Positions 25,613 through 33,589 of a DNA stretch of 57,252 bases are shown piece after piece. The position numbers were made by a program, and so were the translations under genes. The stretch's first letter is position 1; each line of letters begins with the position of its first letter. The notes below the pieces were generated by a model. It searched no databases and was not told the DNA's origin. It was given only the letters and a program-made list of their open reading frames with translations. The stretch lies in contig JBDRDX010000011.1 in NCBI GenBank assembly GCA_043820285.1, positions 1 through 57,252 of the forward strand, in the 5' to 3' direction. This stretch comes from Patescibacteria group bacterium (GTDB lineage Bacteria > Patescibacteriota > Gracilibacteria > UBA1369 > JAHKBB01).

Positions 25613-26014
25613 TTAATTCTCTGTCAAAAACTTCCACCACTTCTGTGGATTTGAAAGAGCGTATATAGAAAGTTCCCTTGCTTCCTCCATAGCTTCCGCT
25701 TCATTTTCCGCAATCAATTTATCCTCAGGAGCAATAACGATCACTTCTTCGCCGGAATTAACAAGCCCAAGATTCTGCTTCGCGATCTTGTCCACATACT
25801 GCTCTGAAGTGTAATAGGCGTAATCTTCACTACGCTGCGCATTTTCCACGGCAATTCGGAAATTCTCTTCCTCAAACTGACTAATATACCTGTCTATTTG
25901 ATAACTTTGGTAAACATTTGAAGTTAACGAATAAAGCAAATACGCTACAAGGCAAAACTCGGCAATAATAATTAGCTTTGTTAAATTGGATGAGTAATTA
26001 AAGTGAAATCGCAT
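25613..26014 (-). CDS. FtsB/DivIC-like septum formation initiator
   Basis: 133 aa. One N-terminal TM, a coiled coil, then YVDKIAKQNLGLVNSGEEVIVI, typical of the DivIC/FtsB family. Confidence 0.5.
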   Translation of the reverse strand: MRFHFNYSSNLTKLIIIAEFCLVAYLLYSLTSNVYQSYQIDRYISQFEEENFRIAVENAQRSEDYAYYTSEQYVDKIAKQNLGLVNSGEEVIVIAPEDKLIAENEAEAMEEARELSIYALSNPQKWWKFLTEN

Positions 26015-26049
26015 AAAAAGCCTTTAAAAGCAGTCAAAAATGTAGCATA

Positions 26050-27279
26050 ATGCTTGCCACTAATCAATCTGATATGAAAATACATTTGATTGGGATCGGA
26101 GGGATCGGAACAAGTGCTTTGGCACGTATATATAACGAACGCGGACATGAGATAAGCGGATCTGACATAGAAGACTCCGATTTGCTGAATGATCTACGAG
26201 GTGAAGGAATAAAAGTGGATATTGGGCACGATCCAATAAATCTTCCGGAGGACATAAACCTCGTCATATATTCAGAAGCAATTCCGAAGGAAAATGTGGA
26301 ACTTCAGGCGGCAAGGAGCAATCGGTTGACCTGCAAAACGTACTTCGAAGCGCTTGGAGATATTTCACGCGAATACAAAGTAATTGCCGTCTGCGGAACA
26401 CATGGAAAGACAACAGTAACCGCAATGGTGGCAAAAGTTTTCATCGATGCTGGATTGGACCCGTCTGTAGTCATCGGTACTAAAATGAAGGAACTTGGGA
26501 ATAAAAATTATCGAGTAGGGAAGTCACAGTGGTTGATTGTGGAAGCATGTGAATACAGAAGATCATTTTTGCACCTGTATCCGGACATAATTGTTCTCAC
26601 AAACGTAGAGTACGAACACCCGGATTATTACAAGGACTTTGAAGACTACAAAAACGCATTCGACGAATTTATCGCAAAGCTTCCGGAAGATGGGAAACTA
26701 ATAACAAGCTCTAAAGAATTCGCATTCGATCTTCAAATACCGGGTGACTTCAACAGAAAGAACGCAGGTCTGGTGATGGAACTTGCAGGCAAACTAGGTA
26801 TAGATTTTGATACAGCGACCACGTCTCTACAGGAATTCAAAGGTACATGGAGAAGATTCGAAATAACAGAGGAAATAGGGAACACAATAGTAATAGACGA
26901 CTACGCCCACCACCCAACGGAAATAAAAGCCACTCTTCGCGCGGCGCGGGAGAAATGGCCGGAAGCAAAGGTTCTATGTATATTTCAACCACACCAATAT
27001 TCCAGAACTTTAGAGCTTCTACATGAATTTGCAAGATCATTCCAGGACGTAAATGAAGTTGTAATTTCAAATATATATGAAGTCCGCGACACCGAAAAAG
27101 ACGTTGCGGCCATTTCTCCCGAAGACCTGGTCGAAGAAATAAATAAAGTCTCAAATAACGCCAGATACGGCGGTGGACTTCAAAACACAGAAAAAATACT
27201 CCAAAAAACCGCTGCCAAATACGATGTGATAATAAAAATGGGAGCAGGGGACATATGGGAGATTAAAGCTTCGGCTTAA
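26050..27279 (+). CDS. murC: UDP-N-acetylmuramate--L-alanine ligase
   Basis: IHLIGIGGIGTSALA, GTHGKTT P-loop, DDYAHHPTEI. Confidence 0.9.
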   Translation: MLATNQSDMKIHLIGIGGIGTSALARIYNERGHEISGSDIEDSDLLNDLRGEGIKVDIGHDPINLPEDINLVIYSEAIPKENVELQAARSNRLTCKTYFEALGDISREYKVIAVCGTHGKTTVTAMVAKVFIDAGLDPSVVIGTKMKELGNKNYRVGKSQWLIVEACEYRRSFLHLYPDIIVLTNVEYEHPDYYKDFEDYKNAFDEFIAKLPEDGKLITSSKEFAFDLQIPGDFNRKNAGLVMELAGKLGIDFDTATTSLQEFKGTWRRFEITEEIGNTIVIDDYAHHPTEIKATLRAAREKWPEAKVLCIFQPHQYSRTLELLHEFARSFQDVNEVVISNIYEVRDTEKDVAAISPEDLVEEINKVSNNARYGGGLQNTEKILQKTAAKYDVIIKMGAGDIWEIKASA

Positions 27280-28642
27280 GGACATACCCATCAGCGCTGT
27301 CTTCAACAGTGTATCCGGCCTCAGATATCTTGTCTCTAAGGTCATCCGATTTTTCGAAATCTTTGTTTTTCCTAGCTGCGATACGCTCATCCGCAAGCTT
27401 TTTAACATTTTCGGGGATAGATTCTTCTTTCAAAGGAAAAATAACACCAAGCACCGAATCGACTTCTTTTAAAGCTTTTAAAATGACATCCACATCAACT
27501 TTCGATCCGGAATCAAGCGCGGTATTAACCGCTTTAACAAATTCAAACACAACCCCAAATCCGCCGGAAGTGTCAAAATCATTATCCATAAATTTTTCAA
27601 AAGGAATTTTAAGCATCTCGTCGTTATACTCGAATTCATCATTACTATTTGAAGTATGATTTTTCAAGTTCCTGACAAAGTCATGTAGCCTGGAAAGTGC
27701 CGCCTTTGCCTGTTCCAAAAGTACGTCAGAGAAATTAATAGGATTTCTGTAATGAGTTTGCAAGAACATCAGACGAACAACCTGTGGGTCATACTTTCCG
27801 AAGATTTCTTTTAGCGTAAAGAAATTCCCAAGACTCTTACTCATTTTTTCATTGTCAATTTGAATAAATCCGTTGTGGATCCAGTATTTTGCGAAAGAAT
27901 CGTCTCCAAACACACCCTTGGTCTGCGCGACCTCGCACTCATGATGAGGGAATTTCAGATCCAGCCCGCCGCCATGGATGTCAAACTTCTCACCTAAAAC
28001 CTTCCAAGCCATAGCGCTGCACTCTATATGCCATCCCGGACGACCCTCCCCCCATGGACTTGGCCAAGCAGGCTCACCTTCTTTCTTAAACTTCCAAAGA
28101 GCAAAGTCATAAGGGTTTCTCTTGTTTTCATCCACTTCAACTCTAGCTCCAACCTGAAGATCTTCGAGATTCTGTCCCGAGAATTTTCCATAATTCTCAT
28201 ACCGGGAAACATCGAAATAAACCCCATCATCCAAGCTGTAGGTGTATCCTTTTTCGTTAAGTCTTTTGATAAGCTCCACAATCGCCTCCATATATTCGGT
28301 AGCTTTCGGTTGAATGTCCGGCTTGGCAATTCCAAGCGCGGCATAATCCCGTTCGTATTCCGGAATGATCTTGTTCGCAAGTTCTTCAACTGCAATACCT
28401 TCTTCCTTCGCTCGATTTATCATCTTGTCATCTATATCTGTGTAATTTGATGCAAAAATCACATCATATCCTTTGTACTGAAGGTATTTACGCACAACAT
28501 CAAAAGCCACCGCACTTCGACCGTGCCCCAAATGCCCGACATCATACACAGTTGGTCCGCACACGTACACCTTAACCTTTCCCTCCTCCAAAGGCTCAAA
28601 ATTCTCCTTGCTCTTTGTAACAGTATTGTGAATTTGAATCAT
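27263..28642 (-). CDS. cysS: Cysteinyl-tRNA synthetase
   Basis: VYVCGPTVYDVGHLGHGRS (HIGH), KMSKSLGN, Zn-binding Cys/His context WHIECS. Confidence 0.95.
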   Translation of the reverse strand: MIQIHNTVTKSKENFEPLEEGKVKVYVCGPTVYDVGHLGHGRSAVAFDVVRKYLQYKGYDVIFASNYTDIDDKMINRAKEEGIAVEELANKIIPEYERDYAALGIAKPDIQPKATEYMEAIVELIKRLNEKGYTYSLDDGVYFDVSRYENYGKFSGQNLEDLQVGARVEVDENKRNPYDFALWKFKKEGEPAWPSPWGEGRPGWHIECSAMAWKVLGEKFDIHGGGLDLKFPHHECEVAQTKGVFGDDSFAKYWIHNGFIQIDNEKMSKSLGNFFTLKEIFGKYDPQVVRLMFLQTHYRNPINFSDVLLEQAKAALSRLHDFVRNLKNHTSNSNDEFEYNDEMLKIPFEKFMDNDFDTSGGFGVVFEFVKAVNTALDSGSKVDVDVILKALKEVDSVLGVIFPLKEESIPENVKKLADERIAARKNKDFEKSDDLRDKISEAGYTVEDSADGYVLKPKL

Positions 28643-28920
28643 AATCCTCTAAGTAAAAGTATGAAGAAATATCCCGCCAGATCAAGCCCAATAAGCGCGA
28701 TTATCGGGGATAGATCAATCATCCCAATCCTATGCGGAACCTTTTTCGCGATCTTTATTACGGGCTCAGTTACATCATAAACAATTTGCGTCAATCGCCC
28801 CGGAGCCCTGCGTCCGGTCGCCATAAACCAGCTCATAAGAACACGTACTATTATGAGAACACTCATAATATCAACAAAAGTTTGAACAAACGTAATGAGA
28901 AAGTAGGGAAATGAATTCAT
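28639..28920 (-). CDS. YggT-family membrane protein
   Basis: IMSVLIIVRVLMSWF and DLSPIIALIGLDL patterns. Start moved to ATG 28920 to avoid overlapping the upstream gene. ATGA overlap with cysS. Confidence 0.65.
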   Translation of the reverse strand: MNSFPYFLITFVQTFVDIMSVLIIVRVLMSWFMATGRRAPGRLTQIVYDVTEPVIKIAKKVPHRIGMIDLSPIIALIGLDLAGYFFILLLRGL

Positions 28921-28931
28921 CGAACCGAATT

Positions 28932-31004
28932 CTACCTTCTTTTTATGCTGAAATAAAGTCCAGATACAAACAGCGCAATAACAACGATCCAAAGAATTTC
29001 CGGTCCCGTCTGAGCGGGAAAGTATGTATAGTATGAACCAGGATTGAGGGGATCTTGAACCGGATTAAGCCCTTGAAATGTTTCTGTGACAAATGGAGTG
29101 GATTCAACGATCTCGCTCATTTGCGGACTTTCATTTCCAAGGCTGTCGATAGCAGTTACCGCAAAATAATGTGGAGTCCCGTTCCGAAGATTTGGAATAT
29201 ACCAAGTTGGTGAATTTGCGAACGTATCTACCGCATACGTAAGTAAATTCGGGTCAGTTCCATAATAAATTCTGTAATTTTTGATTCCAGCCGGGCTTTC
29301 TGCCACCTTCCAAATCAAAGTTACCTTTGAATCAGATGGGATAACAGAGACACCGATCACATTAAATCCTCCTTCAAGGGCACCGCCATGCAACACGGTT
29401 ACGGTTCCTTGGCCGTCATATAAAGCTTCATTTCCAAGAGCATCGGTAAGGGAGACCGTAACATCATACGCGCCCGCCTTCGCGGGAGCATTCACAGTCC
29501 CGGTATAAGTCGAAGCCGAAGCGGTAGGCTGTAATGTAACACTTTCAGTACCAATCTTTACAATTACAGAAGTTAATCCCTCTTCAGTATGAACCGTAAC
29601 AGTCAGTGAAGACCCGGGCTCAACATCTCCTATAGGAAGAATCTCAACACTATCTACAAGAGGAACAGAAGCGTCTATAACAATAGTCACCGGATCGACC
29701 TCTGCAATAATTTCAAAATTTTCATCCAAAAGTACCGCCAAAAGGGTATGTTCTCCCTCCGCAAGCGGAGTTGTTTCAAATGTGTAATTTCCATCTGCAT
29801 CAGCTTCCGTGAATCCAAATTCCTCATCGTTATCATAAAACCCGATAGTGAATCCGGGAGGAGCACTTCCAGCCAAAGTTTGAACGGTCTGGCTATACGT
29901 AGCGGGAAGAGGGGAAGTTAAAGTAAAATTATACTCACCCGCAATTTGTGCTCCCACAGACGGTTTAACCCCGGTCCCAACAGTAACATCTATCATCCCC
30001 GTCACACTGAGATCGTCAATATCGATGGCTTCTATAGAAAACAACCCTTCCTGAAGGAATTTAAGTCCAAGACTATATGTATGAGATCCGAGGTCATCCT
30101 TTGTAAACACGTAATCTACTTCAGGCAGCTCAACCATATTTCCATTTTCGCCGGGAGCGGATATATGGACAGTACCGGTATAGTCTGTGACCACCTTGTC
30201 ACCAGCATTATATGCCGTGACAGTGAATGAGATATTTTTATTCAAAGCAACGGGACTTTTAATACCCTCAATGGCTAGATAACTAACGGTGGAAGCGTCC
30301 GCTACCAAATTGTCATAATCTCCACCGGCATACGAAAGTCTGGAATATTCGGTTTCGAAATAAACTTCCGGTCTATTCTTCAAAACTTTTCCCGAAGTCG
30401 TATCAAACACAGAGTAAACAGAAACTCCAGGCTCATTTGACTCTACATTGAACAGAACTTCTCCAGTCGAACTTGTATAAGGCTTCCCGCCAACTGTGGA
30501 AACCGTATCTTCTTCACGACTAGAGATAACTGTGACCTCATGACCTCTTACAGCATTTCCATACTGATCCTTGAGCTTAACCGTCAAAAGAATCGGATTG
30601 TCCAAAGCCGCAGTTCTTTGCGCCGCATTTGCGGTGGATTTGGCGGAAGAAACTTCGTCCGGATAAACGGTAAAAGTACTCTCATCGCCAAGAACATTGT
30701 CATACTTGGAATAAACTGTGTATAAACCGGCTTTTGTAAGATCCTCTCCAAAAATATCTAAACTGGCGCTACCCGTGCCGTCTGTTTTAACTTCATAAAC
30801 TTCCTTTGTTCCATCCGGATGTTCAAGGAAAAGAGAAAGGTTTCTATTAGGCAAAGTGTTACCTGTTTCTAATGTGGTTCCAAATCCGGCAATGGTATCT
30901 ATAGCAGTAACATCCGGAGCAAGTGAAGCCGCGTATGCGGTACCCGCAGTCATAAATAGAGTGACTGCGGACAGAAATGAAATTTTCATAAACTTCGAAA
31001 ACAT
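28932..31004 (-). CDS. Secreted, C-terminally membrane-anchored surface protein with Ig-like (Big_1-type) and fibronectin-III-like domains
   Basis: Signal peptide MKISFLSAVTLFMTAGTAYA. LTVKLKDQYGNAVRGHEVTVIS is Big-like. KVTLIWKV...YRIYYGTDP...HYFAVTAIDSLGNES is FN3-like. C-terminal TM then KRR. Confidence 0.7.
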   Translation of the reverse strand: MFSKFMKISFLSAVTLFMTAGTAYAASLAPDVTAIDTIAGFGTTLETGNTLPNRNLSLFLEHPDGTKEVYEVKTDGTGSASLDIFGEDLTKAGLYTVYSKYDNVLGDESTFTVYPDEVSSAKSTANAAQRTAALDNPILLTVKLKDQYGNAVRGHEVTVISSREEDTVSTVGGKPYTSSTGEVLFNVESNEPGVSVYSVFDTTSGKVLKNRPEVYFETEYSRLSYAGGDYDNLVADASTVSYLAIEGIKSPVALNKNISFTVTAYNAGDKVVTDYTGTVHISAPGENGNMVELPEVDYVFTKDDLGSHTYSLGLKFLQEGLFSIEAIDIDDLSVTGMIDVTVGTGVKPSVGAQIAGEYNFTLTSPLPATYSQTVQTLAGSAPPGFTIGFYDNDEEFGFTEADADGNYTFETTPLAEGEHTLLAVLLDENFEIIAEVDPVTIVIDASVPLVDSVEILPIGDVEPGSSLTVTVHTEEGLTSVIVKIGTESVTLQPTASASTYTGTVNAPAKAGAYDVTVSLTDALGNEALYDGQGTVTVLHGGALEGGFNVIGVSVIPSDSKVTLIWKVAESPAGIKNYRIYYGTDPNLLTYAVDTFANSPTWYIPNLRNGTPHYFAVTAIDSLGNESPQMSEIVESTPFVTETFQGLNPVQDPLNPGSYYTYFPAQTGPEILWIVVIALFVSGLYFSIKRR

Positions 31005-31112
31005 AATTCCTTTTTGTTTATTTTCATAGAATTATACCTCAAAACCGTTAATTTCTCAATTCACAAGAATTGACGGATTCAAGAAGTTGTTTTATGGCTG
31101 TCTCCAGGGTTG

Positions 31113-31141
31113 TTGATTAAACCTATAAAAAATGGTAGTAT
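31113..31141 (+). promoter_or_regulatory. Promoter candidate (TTGATT-17-TAGTAT preceded by TGG)
   Basis: gttgattaaacctataaaaaatggtagtat, ending 9 nt before ATG 31151. Confidence 0.3.
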
Positions 31142-31150
31142 CCCCCTCGT

Positions 31151-32044
31151 ATGAAAAAGACTAAAGCTATATTCCTGGACGGGAAATTTGTCCCCTGGGA
31201 TAAAGCCAAAATCCACATTTTGACTCACACACTGCATTACGGAAGCGGAGTGTTTGAAGGTATACGTTTCTACAATACAGAAAAAGGACCTGCGGTATTT
31301 AAGCTTAAGGAGCATATGGCAAGGCTGATAAGTTCAGCAAAAGTGTTTGAGTTAAAAATTCCATATACGGAAAAGGAGCTGGCAAAAATAACTTTAAAAC
31401 TGATAAAAAAGAGCGAATTAAAGAAAGGGTACATCAGACCAATCGTATTTCTTGGAGCGGATAAAATAGGGCTAAACCCAAAAGGCTGTTCTGTCCATGT
31501 AGCGATAATAGTCGCGCCATTTGAAAGTTATCTGGGTGACAAAAGGATCAAAGTGGGAATTTCCAAATACAGAAGATTCGACCCGAGTGAGACGAATATT
31601 AAAGCAAAAGCATGCGGGCATTACGTAAATTCTATTCTGGCAAGCATGGATGTGCGTAATAGGGGATTCGATGAAGCCGTTTTACTAGACAGAGACGGAA
31701 AGATTGCGGAAGGACCGGGAGAAAATATTTTCATAGTGAAAAACGGAAAAATCATTACCCCAAAGGCGAAAAACATTTTACCGGGCATTACAAGAAAATG
31801 CGTTAAACGCATAGCAAAAGACAATAATATTAAATTCTTGGAAAAGATTATAAGCGTAAACGGATCGAAAAACGCTGATGAAATATTTCTTGCGGGGACA
31901 GCGGCAGAAATAACGGAGGTGGAAAAGATAGATAACAAAAAACTTCCCGCAAAAAACCCAGTAACAAAATTAATCAAATCCACATACCTTGATGCCGTAC
32001 ACGGCAGAATCAAAAAATACAATAAATGGCTCTCATATGTATAA
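31151..32044 (+). CDS. ilvE: Branched-chain amino acid aminotransferase (class IV PLP fold)
   Basis: 297 aa. HTLHYGSGVFEGIRFY, a lysine-containing KAKACGHY region, GITR. Confidence 0.85.
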   Translation: MKKTKAIFLDGKFVPWDKAKIHILTHTLHYGSGVFEGIRFYNTEKGPAVFKLKEHMARLISSAKVFELKIPYTEKELAKITLKLIKKSELKKGYIRPIVFLGADKIGLNPKGCSVHVAIIVAPFESYLGDKRIKVGISKYRRFDPSETNIKAKACGHYVNSILASMDVRNRGFDEAVLLDRDGKIAEGPGENIFIVKNGKIITPKAKNILPGITRKCVKRIAKDNNIKFLEKIISVNGSKNADEIFLAGTAAEITEVEKIDNKKLPAKNPVTKLIKSTYLDAVHGRIKKYNKWLSYV

Positions 32045-33587
32045 AAAAATATTCACAACATTACTCACAACAATTATAACCGCATTATTTCTCGTCCCGG
32101 CCGCATACGCAGAAGGTGTGATAGAAGAAGAAACAGAGGAACCAATAATAAAAGCTGTGATTCAGGCGGATACGAGCGTGGAAACCGGAAGAAACATCAT
32201 ATTTGATGCTTCAAACTCATATTTGAAAGACGTAGACAAAGAAACTGTGCGGTACGAATGGAGTTTCGGAGACGGTAATGCAGACGAAGGGATAGAGGTC
32301 GTACACACATATAGAGATCCACAACTGTATAATGTGGCTCTTTCAATTCGCCAAAACGGAGAATTAATTGCTGAAGCCGCTCATCGAGTGCATGTATATA
32401 GAAAATTGACCATACTTTTAACCGACAAGACCGAAGAACAAAATAGAATACAAGGCATAAAAAATTACGCATCGGATGAACAGGTGTTCATCGAAGAAAT
32501 CGAAAGTTTTGGGAGCGCATCGGAGTTTATCTCGGAGGAAATTTTGGCCAAAAGACTGAAAGAAAATACAAAAATTGTAGATAAAGCAAAACAGATAATA
32601 GTCTGGACAAACGGAAATGCAGGACTCAATGCTCTTTCCAGATTTCTTAAAGAAAGCAACCAGAAATTAACGGAAAAGGTGGTAATTGTCATAGCAAGCG
32701 ACATAGGAATAACTTCTTCCAGAATAGAAAGGCAATTCCCACTTCTGCAGCCGAAAAAAATTCTCATAATCACGGAATCGGCCATATACCCTCTTATCGA
32801 AAGCACATCAGAGGAAAAATTCATGGAAAAACTGGAAAAAGAAGGGTACCCACACAAGGTAATCGACAGTAAATCCGGAAGACTCAATCCATGGAATTTC
32901 ATGTCATATTTCGTGAATTTCCTAATTGAAAGTGGAATCCCGGACAACACAGTCATTCTCATACTACTACTCCCAATAATTGCAACCGTAGTGGCATTTA
33001 TGCGGCAGTTGGTTGGAATAACAACATTCGGTATTTACTCTCCATCAATTATCACTCTTGCATTACTCATACTGGGACTAAAATTCGGACTTATTACATT
33101 TATGATAGTACTGGCAATGGGAGGTGCGGCGAGACACGCGCTTCGCAAAACGAGACTGCTCTTCATACCTAAAATGGCGATAGTTCTGACATTTGTGTCG
33201 CTGACAATTTTCGCACTACTTATTATAACTATCTACTTTAACTGGTTTGATGCAGAGTTTATCGCACTTGCAATATTCCCAATCCTCATAATGAGTACGC
33301 TCTCGGAAAAATTCATCAACGCACAGAGCGAAAGAGGATTCTTATCCGCAATGGTACTGATGGGAGAAACGATTTTGGTGTCAATAATTGCATACTTCGT
33401 CGTAGGAGGGGCAATAGACCTTGGCTTGTTCACACTACAATGGGAATTTGTTAAAAACCTAATGCTGGCATATCCGGAACTGATCTTCTTGATACTCATA
33501 ATAAATATCCTTCTCGGGCGCTGGACGGGACTCAGGATCCTGGAATACGTCAGATTCAGAGAAATATTAAGACATATTGAAGAATAA
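32037..33587 (+). CDS. Signal-peptide PKD-domain protein fused to a C-terminal 7TM module of the 7TM_transglut type
   Basis: Start at ATG 32037 (MYKKIFTTLLTTIITALFLVPAAYA). PKD motif IIFDASNS...YEWSFGDGN...HTYRDPQLYNVALSI. The 7TM block carries the hallmark VGITTFGIYSPSIITLAL and terminal GRWTGLRILEYVRF. Confidence 0.7.
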   Translation: MYKKIFTTLLTTIITALFLVPAAYAEGVIEEETEEPIIKAVIQADTSVETGRNIIFDASNSYLKDVDKETVRYEWSFGDGNADEGIEVVHTYRDPQLYNVALSIRQNGELIAEAAHRVHVYRKLTILLTDKTEEQNRIQGIKNYASDEQVFIEEIESFGSASEFISEEILAKRLKENTKIVDKAKQIIVWTNGNAGLNALSRFLKESNQKLTEKVVIVIASDIGITSSRIERQFPLLQPKKILIITESAIYPLIESTSEEKFMEKLEKEGYPHKVIDSKSGRLNPWNFMSYFVNFLIESGIPDNTVILILLLPIIATVVAFMRQLVGITTFGIYSPSIITLALLILGLKFGLITFMIVLAMGGAARHALRKTRLLFIPKMAIVLTFVSLTIFALLIITIYFNWFDAEFIALAIFPILIMSTLSEKFINAQSERGFLSAMVLMGETILVSIIAYFVVGGAIDLGLFTLQWEFVKNLMLAYPELIFLILIINILLGRWTGLRILEYVRFREILRHIEE

Positions 33588-33589
33588 CC